This document shows positions 27,892-37,578 of a stretch of DNA of 40,207 nt, in pieces. The stretch comes from a virus (Duplodnaviria > Caudoviricetes): the IMG/VR virus record IMGVR_UViG_3300032373_000042, positions 1-40,207 of that record; one strand, written 5' to 3'. Position 1 is the stretch's first letter; every line of letters begins with the position of its first letter. Under the pieces are notes generated by a model. The model made no database searches, had not been told where the DNA came from, and saw only the letters and a program-made list of their open reading frames with translations. The position numbers and the translations under genes are program-made.

Positions 27892-27899
27892 CAAATCTA
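27892..27899 (-). promoter_or_regulatory. Bacteroidota-type -7 promoter box
   Basis: Minus strand TAGATTTG, 22 nt upstream of the pentapeptide gene ATG. Confidence 0.65.
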
Positions 27900-27951
27900 C
27901 GGCGATTTATTTAAACTAAAAAACTTTTTCAATAAAAAATGAAAATTTATT

Positions 27952-28338
27952 TTAGAACGGGCATTCGTTCTTTTTGTCCTCGTGCATTTTAGCCGAATTC
28001 TGGGCCAAAGTTAGTTTTTGCAAATTCCCTTTTTCGTAACCTTTGTTTGGATCTTTTCTGTCGATACTGGCGGAATTCGCCTTTTTACCTTTTTCCGCCA
28101 TGTAATTGTTTTCGTCGCACCATTCGATAAACTGGTCAAGTGTTAAACTCCATTCGATGCCACGTTCAATTGCTCTCGATCTTTTTTGTTGGAATGTATA
28201 TTTATACGGGTTTTTCCATTTTTGGTATCTGTGGTTGTGCATACTGCAAAATCTATTTTTCGGCGTATGTTTATTCCGACAGCGATAAGCGACACAAAAA
28301 CCACTTTCTTTTTTCTCCGGGATTATCTTAAAAGCCAT
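27952..28338 (-). CDS. HNH-like endonuclease-fold protein
   Basis: ASIDRKDPNKGYEKGNLQ...QNSAK pattern, plus N-terminal CxxxxC...CxxH. Confidence 0.65.
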   Translation of the reverse strand: MAFKIIPEKKESGFCVAYRCRNKHTPKNRFCSMHNHRYQKWKNPYKYTFQQKRSRAIERGIEWSLTLDQFIEWCDENNYMAEKGKKANSASIDRKDPNKGYEKGNLQKLTLAQNSAKMHEDKKNECPF

Positions 28339-28557
28339 ATTATTTTGAATGTTTTTTATTAAAATATCGGCGGAGGCCGTAACTTCTTAAAAAGGAAACC
28401 ACGAAAAACACTAACGTAATGGTAATATTTTGGTTTATCGTTACGGGAATCCCTAAAACTGGATATAAAAAAAGTTGAATTAAAAAACTGGTAATTAGTC
28501 CGACAACTATATTTGTAACACTTTCGATCGACGATTATTTTTTACTTTGCATATTTT

Positions 28558-29946
28558 TTATTTTAAATATTTTTCGATTTTCGCTTTTACGGCTTCCATT
28601 AATCCGTCCTGTCCTTTTGCTTTACGCTCTTGGGCTTTTATTACGTCGAGGTCGATTGTTCCCTTGATACAAAGTTTGTTTATTACGACGACATTCTGTT
28701 GTCCCTGACGATCCAGTCGTGCGTTAAATTGCTGTTCTAATTCTAACGACCAAGTTTGCCCGAACCAAACGATATTGTTTCCACCGGCTTGTAAATTAAG
28801 CCCATGCCCTCCAGAGGCGGGGTGCATCATTAACACTCGGATTTTTCCATCGTTCCAATCTTGTATGTCCTGGTCCGTTTTTAGTTCTCTAGGTTTGTAT
28901 TTTTTTAACGACTCTTTTAGTCGATGCATATCCGATCGATACGTCCATGCAATTAATATTGGTTTGCCGTTCGTGTCCTCGATTATTTCTTTTATTGCTT
29001 CGATTTTCAAATCATGGATTACGTGGACGTTTTTCTCAGCATCGTAAACCGCACCGTTTGCAAACTGTAATAATTTATTGGATAGTGCCGCAGCGTTTAC
29101 CGCCGATATTGAGTCCTCGACGTTTTGATTTTCAAAAAGTTGCAATACTTGTTCCCTCTCGAATTCTGCGTATTTATCCGCAATGTCCAAAGGCATAGGA
29201 ATATTTATAATATTTTCAATACGTCCCGGTAGATCCAAATAGTCTTTGGCTTTCATTGACATACAAATATCGCCGATTGCGTCGTGGATTCTTTGTTCCG
29301 CCTCATTTTTTAAATCGTATTTGTAGATAATTGCACCGTTTCGTTTTCCTGGCGTAAAGTATTCGTCTCGGAATCTCGTAACGTATTTACCTAAACGTTC
29401 GCCACGATCTAACAAATAGATTTGAGGCCAAAGATCCTGAAGGCTGTTTGGTGCCGGCGTTCCCGTTAAGGCAACCACTCTTTTAAACGAGGGTTGTACA
29501 CCACGTAAAGATTTAAAACGAATTGACTTTGGATTCTTAAAACTGGAACTTTCATCGAGTACCAACATATCAAAAGGCAACATCGACCCGCCATATTGGC
29601 CACATAACCAAGATACATTGTCCCGACCGAGCATATAAATATCCCCTTTTTTGCTGAGGGCTTCTCGGCGTTGTTTCGCAGTTCCCGCAATTAATACCAC
29701 TTTTAAATGGTTGAGGTGTCCCCATTTCTGAGTCTCAGCACCCCAAACACTCTCGGCAACCCGTTTTGGTGCAACCACCAGAACAGACGAGATGTCCAAG
29801 TCCTCAAACATTAATTTATTTATGGCTGTGAGTGTCGATACTGTTTTCCCCAAACCCATGTCCAAAAATAGGGCGCAATGTGATTTGTCCAAAATATGTT
29901 CGACTGCTGCATTTTGGTAGTTGTGTAAATTACTTTCGTTTAACAT
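28558..29946 (-). CDS. SNF2-family helicase
   Basis: DMGLGKT, LDESS, LTGTP, GHGLNLQ, QFNARLDRQGQ. Confidence 0.92.
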   Translation of the reverse strand: MLNESNLHNYQNAAVEHILDKSHCALFLDMGLGKTVSTLTAINKLMFEDLDISSVLVVAPKRVAESVWGAETQKWGHLNHLKVVLIAGTAKQRREALSKKGDIYMLGRDNVSWLCGQYGGSMLPFDMLVLDESSSFKNPKSIRFKSLRGVQPSFKRVVALTGTPAPNSLQDLWPQIYLLDRGERLGKYVTRFRDEYFTPGKRNGAIIYKYDLKNEAEQRIHDAIGDICMSMKAKDYLDLPGRIENIINIPMPLDIADKYAEFEREQVLQLFENQNVEDSISAVNAAALSNKLLQFANGAVYDAEKNVHVIHDLKIEAIKEIIEDTNGKPILIAWTYRSDMHRLKESLKKYKPRELKTDQDIQDWNDGKIRVLMMHPASGGHGLNLQAGGNNIVWFGQTWSLELEQQFNARLDRQGQQNVVVINKLCIKGTIDLDVIKAQERKAKGQDGLMEAVKAKIEKYLK

Positions 29947-30223
29947 TTTCCAATATTTGATTTATTTGTGCGGACGTATCAATTAAATGAACGTCAAATC
30001 CTAACTTTCTAATTTTATGATGCACTAAAATTTGTATTTTTTTCGCTTTCTTTTTTGTGGTTTTGATCTCCGCAAAGAATATAATTCCACCGGGGAAAAG
30101 ACAAACCCTGTCCGGTAATCCTGTTAAATGGGTGGACAACATTTTTATACACCATCCGCCCATTTTCTCAGTACCGTTTTTTAATTTGGTTTCGAGTAGC
30201 TTTTCAGATTCTACCTTCGACAT
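29930..30223 (-). CDS. VRR-NUC domain nuclease
   Basis: GLPDR...FAEIK...Q motif; canonical position between primase and SNF2 helicase. Confidence 0.88.
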   Translation of the reverse strand: MSKVESEKLLETKLKNGTEKMGGWCIKMLSTHLTGLPDRVCLFPGGIIFFAEIKTTKKKAKKIQILVHHKIRKLGFDVHLIDTSAQINQILENVKRK

Positions 30224-32602
30224 TTAATAGAGTTTTCGAGAATAATACTTTTGTTTTCCGTAGTTTTTGAAATTCTTTGTTGATTTGGATTGCTCCCAAT
30301 CGCCTAAGCCTCGCAAAATTTCGTTTATCTCTCTGGTTTTATATCTGTCCATTTCGGTTTTTTCTTTGCCTAAACACTCGCACCAAATCTCAGCGACACA
30401 AACGTAATCCCGTAAAATTGTACCCTGTTTTTCCAAGCTCTCGTCTGCGAGAAAATCCCGTCTTTGGTAAACGTCTTTTTTGTCCCAATTCTCTGGGAGT
30501 TTAATATCCAAATACTCCGCAATAATTCCAGTACGTTCGTCTGTCGAACTGTGGTTTTTCTGTTCTACTTTTGCCATACTGTCCGCCTCTTTGCTTAGGA
30601 AAAGAGATTCCCCATCTCTCAACATTGTAACGGCTTCCGCCCAAATGTTGTCGATTTCTGAGTCGGTTAAATCGTCCCATACGTTTTTGTCTGCGTGTTC
30701 TGACGACCCAACATCTACCGGATTAAATCTTCGGTTCCCTGTTGAGTCGTTTAAAAAATCCCTTTTGTTTGACGTACCGACAAAAATACATTGTCTTTTA
30801 TATGTCTCAGACGTTCGAGCGTATGCGGGTCTGAAGGTGTCCTCTTGTTTAGATATAAAATGTTTGGTCGATTCCACATCCGCTTTTCGTAATCCTGAAA
30901 GTTCCGCCATTTCGATAATCCAAGCCCCTTGTATCTGTTCCAATGCTTCTTTACCGTGTACAGTCATAAAAGTATCGGAAAACCATTTCCCACCGAGTTT
31001 TTTTACAATTGTACTTTTTCCTGTTCCCTGGTCTCCGATTAAGGTTAACACCATGTCGAATTTACAACCTGGTCGGAATATTCGAGCAACCGCACCAACT
31101 AAAGTTTTACGGATTGCCTCTCGTGTGTAGATATTGTCGTCAGCTCCTAAATAGTCGATTAACAATGTATCGACTCTTTTTTTACCGTCCCATTTTACGC
31201 CCTCCAGATAATCCATAACGGGGTGGAAAACGTTTCTTTCAAATTCCAAGGCCATGGAATCTTCAATCTTTAAATTACCAGTAATGCCGTAAATACTTTC
31301 GATGTAGTTTCGCACTCCTGAATAATCCACATTTTTAACCGCTTCGGGTTTTGCTATTTTTCGCCATGGAATATTGCCGAAAACGTATCTTTTACCGTCG
31401 AACTCGTTATGTTTAAAAAGCCCTTTTAATCTTACATCGTTGGCAAAAATTAGATTTATATTGTTTGCACTCGATAAATATTTCCCTTTGGTGTCGATTT
31501 CGAGTTCGCCCATCCAGTCGATGTCCTCTTCCGAATTTTCTAAAGGTTCGGCAAAATCATATTTTGACTCTGTAAAATTCTCGGCTGCGATTACTTGTTT
31601 TACTTCTTTGTCGGCTCTGGCGAATTCCTCCATTGCCTTGAAACTTTTAGTATTTCCGTTTCTGTATTCGTTGTCAGGGTCTAAATGTCCAAACAAATGA
31701 ATACGTACCAAATCAAAAGAGTTGCAAAGTTTACCGCTGCATGGGTCTGTACCGTGGTGCGAGTATGCGAATTTATCGTCGTAGAGAATAAGTCCCGACG
31801 CTGTTGTCCCTTTGGCGTATGTGAATCGTCCGTCGGTTGTTGGTGTGTAAGCATCTTTTAAAAATTCGGCGATCGCCTCAGTAACCGTGTACGCTCTACA
31901 AAATGCGCCGACGATTCCTTTTTTATTCTCTGGATCTTCTTGTTTTTCAACAAAACCGTTTACCTCTTGTATTTTCCTGTCCGCAGTAGGCCACAAACTC
32001 GAATCCTTCCAATCGATATAAGTTTCCAAAACTGCGTCCACATCGACCCAAATTCCGTCCTGTACCTCGCAGTAATATTCAACGTCTTTTGGCGACGAGG
32101 GCCAGAACATTAATCGGTTTGTTTCAAATGTAGTATTATCGAATAACTCAATACCAAGGGTACCGGCAATTTTACGAGAAACCGCCACGTATTCGTCCGG
32201 GGTCGCCTCTCTCGATAAAGGCATGATTAAACGGTATCGGGGATTTTCCTCTGAGTGTTTATGTGTGGCGTGTAATATTGCCGCGTTATCGAATTGCAGA
32301 CAAAAGTCGTCCCAAAAATCGATGTGTGCAAAATCAATGTCCAGAGTCATTAACTGCCTATGTACTACATTCTCAGGTTTACGACGACCATTTCGTAAAT
32401 ACCCACCAACATAACCTCCAACGTCTTTAATTTTCGACTGTTCGTCTTTGGTTGACGACATATACTCTTTAAAAGTTTCGTTGGTGTGGTGTGGTTCGGA
32501 TATTTTGGAGACCAGTTCGGACCATAATACAGATTTGTTTTTCCAGATTTTTGATTTTGCCGACATCCCTGTCGCTATGTGTATCGTATCGTTATATTGC
32601 AT
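30224..32602 (-). CDS. Primase-helicase (primase-like N-terminus plus VirE/VapE ATPase)
   Basis: LDID, THKH and PRYRL in the N-terminus; GDQGTGKST, IEMAEL, FRPAYAR and DSTGNRRF in the C-terminus. Confidence 0.9.
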   Translation of the reverse strand: MQYNDTIHIATGMSAKSKIWKNKSVLWSELVSKISEPHHTNETFKEYMSSTKDEQSKIKDVGGYVGGYLRNGRRKPENVVHRQLMTLDIDFAHIDFWDDFCLQFDNAAILHATHKHSEENPRYRLIMPLSREATPDEYVAVSRKIAGTLGIELFDNTTFETNRLMFWPSSPKDVEYYCEVQDGIWVDVDAVLETYIDWKDSSLWPTADRKIQEVNGFVEKQEDPENKKGIVGAFCRAYTVTEAIAEFLKDAYTPTTDGRFTYAKGTTASGLILYDDKFAYSHHGTDPCSGKLCNSFDLVRIHLFGHLDPDNEYRNGNTKSFKAMEEFARADKEVKQVIAAENFTESKYDFAEPLENSEEDIDWMGELEIDTKGKYLSSANNINLIFANDVRLKGLFKHNEFDGKRYVFGNIPWRKIAKPEAVKNVDYSGVRNYIESIYGITGNLKIEDSMALEFERNVFHPVMDYLEGVKWDGKKRVDTLLIDYLGADDNIYTREAIRKTLVGAVARIFRPGCKFDMVLTLIGDQGTGKSTIVKKLGGKWFSDTFMTVHGKEALEQIQGAWIIEMAELSGLRKADVESTKHFISKQEDTFRPAYARTSETYKRQCIFVGTSNKRDFLNDSTGNRRFNPVDVGSSEHADKNVWDDLTDSEIDNIWAEAVTMLRDGESLFLSKEADSMAKVEQKNHSSTDERTGIIAEYLDIKLPENWDKKDVYQRRDFLADESLEKQGTILRDYVCVAEIWCECLGKEKTEMDRYKTREINEILRGLGDWEQSKSTKNFKNYGKQKYYSRKLY

Positions 32603-32610
32603 GGTCGAAA

Positions 32611-34593
32611 TTAGTCTTTTTTATAAAATGGTGTGATATATCCGTCTGCTACTAATGGGAGGGTTTTAGCCCATGGGACTGTCTCGCCCATAATTTCACA
32701 CATCCGCTCCAATTGTGAATGTATAGAAATGTCGTTGTAAACTTCTGCCACGGCTTCATCATGTACGTGCATTACTATTTTAAAACCTTCCTCGTTTAAC
32801 CTTAACATGGAGTAAGCGAGTAAATCTCTGGCGATGGCCTGGACAATGTTCTCGGTAAATTTACCCCCGTAGGAATCAATCCAACACCATTTTTTCGTCA
32901 TTTGGTGCGTACCTTTGTACTGTACTGCTGGACGACCCCATTTGTTCGGTTTAATTCTCGGATTGTGGTAAAATAGTTTTCTACCTGAAGGCAATTGTAT
33001 CGTCAAAGAAACCCCGTCATAATGGAATATTAATCCTTTAAAAAGTTCCAGTACATATTTTTTATGTGGGTTTCGTATGGCACGGATTGCGTACCCCTCG
33101 ACACTTTTCCAGAGTCTTACAATCATGGGACTTTTTTCTCGCCATTTTTTTACTATGGTTTCCATTTCTGTATCTGAAAGTCCCATGGCTTCGCCACCCA
33201 TTTGTTTAAGTGCACCCAACGCACCTTGGTAGCCCAAGGCGAGTTCTGCGACTTTTCCTTTATTTCTAAGTGCCGAACCTTCCTCGGTGGTTTTGTCTAT
33301 TTTTTCGATAGGTACTCCAAACATCTGAGACGCTGAGGCCTCGTATATTTTTCCATGTGATCGAAATACATCCATTCGCCAATTTTCATTCGCCAACCAG
33401 GCGATTACTCGGGCCTCTATGGCACTAAAATCGGCAACGGCGAAAGTGTGTTCAGATTTTGCAATAAACGCAGTACGGATTAACTGGGACAATGTAGAGG
33501 AAACGTCCGGGTATAACATAGATACGTCGTCGTAGTTTCCGTCTCTGAAAACCTCGCGTACTTTTTCAAGCTCCGCCAAATGATTTTGTGGTAAATTCTG
33601 TAATTGAATTAAACGTCCTGCCCAACGCCCTGTCCTGTTCGCTCCGTAAAATTGGAAAAGTCCGTGGGCCCGACCATCATAACAAACGCACTTTTGCATG
33701 GCGACGTATTTTTTAATCGAGGTTTTGGACGCTCTCGATCTCAGGTTTAAAACATCCGACACAACCCCTGGTCCAGCCTGTTCGATTAATGTTGGAATTT
33801 CGCCCTTTGCAAGTGATTTAATTTCTGTTTGCATTTGGTTTCCTAACCAATCTTTTAACTGTTTGGGGCTGTTCGGATTTTCCAATCCTGTTAATTTTTT
33901 CATTTCGTCCCCTATTATTGACGAGTTTATATCGTCCAGAGCGACGGCATTTATTGCCATAGGTATATAAATTAAAATACCTCGGTCGTTTATTTCCTGG
34001 TCCAGAATGTAATTTTTACGTTCAAAATCTGTAATATTATAATCCTTCAGTATTTCCCCGATTTTACGTTCGGCCTTGACATCGTATTTACAGTATCTTT
34101 TATATTCCTCCCATTTTTCAGGGTCGTGCTCTGGAAAATTCCTGATCCTCTGGTCGTTTTTCTTTGTTGGTTTTATCGGACATGAAAAGAAACGGATTGA
34201 TGCTTTACCAGTTGTCAATTTTCCGTCCCCTTCTAAATTCAAGGCCTCAGTAATTGCCCCCAGACTCAAAGGTAAACCACAATATCCCGCCTTTATTGCA
34301 GAACAAAACCATTGATTAATCGGAACATCATACCCGATTGCACGGAAACAATTACGTTCAAAATTCGCATTGTGGGCGTGTTTCTCAATCTCTGGGTTTA
34401 CTAAAGCGTCCAAAAACTCTTGTGGTATTTCCTCGCCTTGTAATAGGTCAATTGTTTGTATTGGCCCGTCGTCAAAGGCGTAACACAATATCAGTATTTC
34501 AAAATCGATACTTTCGCAATATTTATAAGCTCCTGCCGTCATAATGTCGACCGAACTATAAGTCTCAATATCGATGTGTAATTTATGAGCCAT
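32611..34593 (-). CDS. polA: Family A DNA polymerase (APSE-type)
   Basis: HIDIETYS exonuclease motif, RTGRWAG, ADFSAIEARV, RNKGKVAELALGY, HVHDE. Confidence 0.94.
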   Translation of the reverse strand: MAHKLHIDIETYSSVDIMTAGAYKYCESIDFEILILCYAFDDGPIQTIDLLQGEEIPQEFLDALVNPEIEKHAHNANFERNCFRAIGYDVPINQWFCSAIKAGYCGLPLSLGAITEALNLEGDGKLTTGKASIRFFSCPIKPTKKNDQRIRNFPEHDPEKWEEYKRYCKYDVKAERKIGEILKDYNITDFERKNYILDQEINDRGILIYIPMAINAVALDDINSSIIGDEMKKLTGLENPNSPKQLKDWLGNQMQTEIKSLAKGEIPTLIEQAGPGVVSDVLNLRSRASKTSIKKYVAMQKCVCYDGRAHGLFQFYGANRTGRWAGRLIQLQNLPQNHLAELEKVREVFRDGNYDDVSMLYPDVSSTLSQLIRTAFIAKSEHTFAVADFSAIEARVIAWLANENWRMDVFRSHGKIYEASASQMFGVPIEKIDKTTEEGSALRNKGKVAELALGYQGALGALKQMGGEAMGLSDTEMETIVKKWREKSPMIVRLWKSVEGYAIRAIRNPHKKYVLELFKGLIFHYDGVSLTIQLPSGRKLFYHNPRIKPNKWGRPAVQYKGTHQMTKKWCWIDSYGGKFTENIVQAIARDLLAYSMLRLNEEGFKIVMHVHDEAVAEVYNDISIHSQLERMCEIMGETVPWAKTLPLVADGYITPFYKKD

Positions 34594-35150
34594 ATTTTTG
34601 TTTTATTAATTGTTAAAAATACTCAGGCGAATAGTGCTTGACTTATTCATTAAGTGTCAGTATAAACGTCCCTCACACCTGAGATTTAAAAAACGGAAAC
34701 TCTGTCGAGGTTGCCTGTTCGGTTCTCGTTTAAAGTCGGAAACTCTGACTTTCAGCATTTTGACGGCTTCGCTGAGTTTACGTGTCTATGATTAACCATT
34801 ATAAACAAAAATGTGGCTTTGAGAGGCGTGAGTCCCCCACTACGAAATTACTGGACTGTTTACATTGCTCAATCCGATACACCTACTAATGTTGACCGTA
34901 CACCTGAGTAAAACGGGGTTGTAATTTTTATTTAATTGGTGGACCTTAACCAATGCCGAGTTACATTTATCGGCTACCCTTTTAAAGAACTGTAAAGAAC
35001 GAATCTCCGTTTTAGGTACATATCGTCGGTTTTACAAGTAAGGTATGTTTTGAGAGATTCCAAACTCTATATTTTAGACCTAAAGAATTTATATCAAAGT
35101 ATAACTAACGACATTATTAGATTAATATTAAATTTTACTTTAGGTCTTTT
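34594..35150 (-). other. Hairpin-rich non-coding region, candidate structured RNA(s)
   Basis: No credible ORF; several inverted repeats (34622-34683, 34732-34752, 34935-34974, 35076-35148). Confidence 0.4.
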
Positions 35151-35151
35151 G

Positions 35152-35238
35152 TGGAGTGAGTAGGACTCGAACCTACAATTTTGGTATCATGTTTTAATGT
35201 TTGCAAACCCACGCTTTAGCCAATTAAGCTACCACCCC
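35152..35238 (-). tRNA. tRNA-like gene with Ala identity (G3.U70) and aberrant, expanded anticodon arm
   Basis: Acceptor GGGGTGG/TCACTCC-A, D-arm GCTT-AATTGGCTA-AAGC, T-arm GTAGG-TTCGAGT-CCTAC; 87 nt; TTGCAA present but no canonical 5-bp stem with 7-nt loop; CCA not encoded. Confidence 0.7.
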
Positions 35239-35317
35239 ATAAATGTCGGATGTAATCCCGTAGGCAACTGCCCCGACAAAAGTTAATTTACTCCAACTTA
35301 ATGCAGTAATTTTAATA

Positions 35318-35851
35318 CTATCCTAACAAATCGTCGTCAGAACCAAAGTCCTCAGCGGCAGTAGAACCACCTCCAGACAATCGCTCTCCGTCCTCTAATT
35401 TTTGTAAGTTGTTAAGTCCAACGGCAACACCTTTGTTTCCGCTTGATGAATACCCGTAAAAGTTTATCGCAGCTCTACCATAACATCCAGAGTAAAACTC
35501 GTCTTTGTCCATGATAGGTTCTAAATCCGCATCGACAATAGCTGGTTTTCTTACTGAGTTTGCATTTAAAAACATACAACCTTCGTACGCCTCGTCGTCT
35601 GGACGTTCTGCGTCTCCGTCTCTTAATGGTAATTTTAAAACGACTGGTATTTTACCATTCCATTTTCCTTTGCCTTCTTGTTTTGCGGCCTCGATTGCTT
35701 TTTCAACTTTTGCAATTGTCGCTTTGTCCGTTTTAGGAATCAAAATCGAAACGCTGTATTTCTCTTTTTGACCCTCTTGGATTGCGTTCGGCTCGAACAC
35801 ATGGGCGTAACTAAATCGTACTTTCCCTGTAATAACTTTTGTACTTGACAT
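35318..35851 (-). CDS. ssDNA-binding protein (DUF2815, T7 gp2.5-like)
   Basis: VRFSYAHVFEP, LRDGD, YSGCYGR, GLNNLQK and acidic tail. Confidence 0.88.
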   Translation of the reverse strand: MSSTKVITGKVRFSYAHVFEPNAIQEGQKEKYSVSILIPKTDKATIAKVEKAIEAAKQEGKGKWNGKIPVVLKLPLRDGDAERPDDEAYEGCMFLNANSVRKPAIVDADLEPIMDKDEFYSGCYGRAAINFYGYSSSGNKGVAVGLNNLQKLEDGERLSGGGSTAAEDFGSDDDLLG

Positions 35852-35949
35852 ACTTTCTAATTTTAAATTAATGATTATTTTTAACTCTGCTAAACTAATA
35901 CTTTATTTTAAATACTGAAAATAAATTTTACTTTATTTTAAAAATATTT

Positions 35950-37125
35950 TTATTTAAAGTCCTCTTTTGCTTGTTCAATTCCCATTTCTGGACGTTTGTC
36001 TGACATAGGAACTAAGGTTGGTTTACCTTGTGGTTTTATAACTAAATTACCCAAAATGGTAGGAAATTCAGATTTACCCACCAGTTTTTCCACTGCGGTA
36101 ATACCTTGTAATTTTGTGGTTGTGAATTCTTTTTCGTCGAATAGGTTTTCGATCAATGCCTCTTGGACTTTCTTTTCGTCTGTCCATTTTCTATTGCTTC
36201 GACCCTCGACCAGTTTTAAACCTTGCCATTTTTTACCCTTGACTGCCTCGTCCAATAAGTGTTTACCTACCGCATTAGCCCAATCGACTAACATTGGTAT
36301 TTGTTTATACACTCCTAAAACTTGACTTTCAGTAAGTAAATGTGGATCTTTAAAATCGTGCTGTGCTAATTTCACATTTACCGCCGCAAGGGTTGCACAC
36401 ATGGCCTTTACTTTACACCATTTACAATGATCGCCCGCTTTCTGTACTCCTTTACCTTGGTAGGCTTTGGCGGCTTTCGGTTTTACTTCTTTTTGCCCCC
36501 ATTCGATTAGATCCTCGGTCGATATTTTCCACTCAGATAAATGATCCAATCTGGGTTGTACAATAACTAAATTAACCGTATGGATGTCGTAAACCATATC
36601 GAAATTACGTAACGCACCAGAGCCATACAACATGAGTTGGGGGTTTTTGTCTGCGTCAACTTTTACACCTTTTCCGTATTTCAAGTCGATAACATCCAAA
36701 AAACCATCGGCAACGATACAAACATCCCCGGTGCCGAAACCTTTTTCGACTAAGTGCGAAAAGTCCACACGTTCTTCGATCAATAGTTTTGCGTCAGGTG
36801 TTCGAGCTTTGGCGACTGCGAATGCTTCCATTACTATGGTTACATATTTGTCGACTTCGCCTTCCATTTCTGAGGTGTAATGCTTGTCTTTTCGTAACTT
36901 CTTTAATTCGGCTTTTAGAGTTTTTTCGTCAATTTCTCCGTTTTTGAATCTCAGATTTACGTCTCCAAATTCATGTGCCAATGTTCCTTCAGCGGCAAAC
37001 GTGGAGGTACTCGATTCGTCGAACTTCTCTTCCAGTCTCGCACTTGGCGTGCAATTCATCCATCGAGAAGCACCAGAGGCAGACAATAAGGCGTGCGCTC
37101 TGGTTGAATGCTCTACGTTCGACAA
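35950..37125 (-). CDS. DUF2800 PD-(D/E)xK (Cas4-like) nuclease
   Basis: HALLSASGASRWMNCTPS, GTLAH, FGTGD, IDLKYGKG, NPQL, HCKWCK...C. Confidence 0.88.
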   Translation of the reverse strand: MSNVEHSTRAHALLSASGASRWMNCTPSARLEEKFDESSTSTFAAEGTLAHEFGDVNLRFKNGEIDEKTLKAELKKLRKDKHYTSEMEGEVDKYVTIVMEAFAVAKARTPDAKLLIEERVDFSHLVEKGFGTGDVCIVADGFLDVIDLKYGKGVKVDADKNPQLMLYGSGALRNFDMVYDIHTVNLVIVQPRLDHLSEWKISTEDLIEWGQKEVKPKAAKAYQGKGVQKAGDHCKWCKVKAMCATLAAVNVKLAQHDFKDPHLLTESQVLGVYKQIPMLVDWANAVGKHLLDEAVKGKKWQGLKLVEGRSNRKWTDEKKVQEALIENLFDEKEFTTTKLQGITAVEKLVGKSEFPTILGNLVIKPQGKPTLVPMSDKRPEMGIEQAKEDFK

Positions 37126-37126
37126 T

Positions 37127-37549
37127 TTATAAACTGTTTAAAAAGTCGATAAATTCTGCGTATTTCTCCGTTGGTATTTTTACCACGTTAGGGACACCCC
37201 ATTCGGTTAATTTACCTTTGATTTCCTCTCTGTACTCCTTTACCTTTTTAGATGCTAGGGTACGGATGTCCTCCAGAGTAATCGTCGTCGGTGCAGTTTC
37301 TTTTTTCGCTGCTGGTGTTTCCTCTTTAGGTTGTTCCGTAGTTTTCGGAGTTTCTGCAACCTCAGCGGCTTTCTTTTTACGTGGTGCACGTTTTTTCGCT
37401 GCTGGTGTTTCCTCTTTAGGTTCGTCGGCAGGTGCCTGGTTTCCTGAAGGAATTACGTTTCCACCTACGGCAGATAAAAAATTCATTGCTGCGGTCAGTT
37501 GTGCCGGATTAGACGGGTCGAAACTCGCCTCAATTTTTACTAAACTCAT
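37127..37549 (-). CDS. Hypothetical protein of the APSE-like replication module, with low-complexity linker
   Basis: 140 aa; ITLEDIR...IPTEKY C-terminal domain; PKEETPAAKK occurs twice. Confidence 0.7.
   Translation of the reverse strand: MSLVKIEASFDPSNPAQLTAAMNFLSAVGGNVIPSGNQAPADEPKEETPAAKKRAPRKKKAAEVAETPKTTEQPKEETPAAKKETAPTTITLEDIRTLASKKVKEYREEIKGKLTEWGVPNVVKIPTEKYAEFIDFLNSL
37301..37422. repeat. 32-bp direct repeat within coding sequence
   Basis: TTTTTTCGCTGCTGGTGTTTCCTCTTTAGGTT at 37301-37332 and 37391-37422. Confidence 0.9.
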
Positions 37550-37578
37550 ACTTTCTAAATATTTATTGATTATTAAAA

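Noticed and set aside
34610-34795. 61-aa plus-strand ORF in the SSB-polymerase gap
   Set aside because: Non-ATG start, wrong strand for the operon, no promoter or recognisable motif.
35950-37125. Cas4-like nuclease as evidence of a CRISPR-Cas system
   Set aside because: It is a standard DUF2800 member of the APSE-like replication module; no array or other cas genes were seen.
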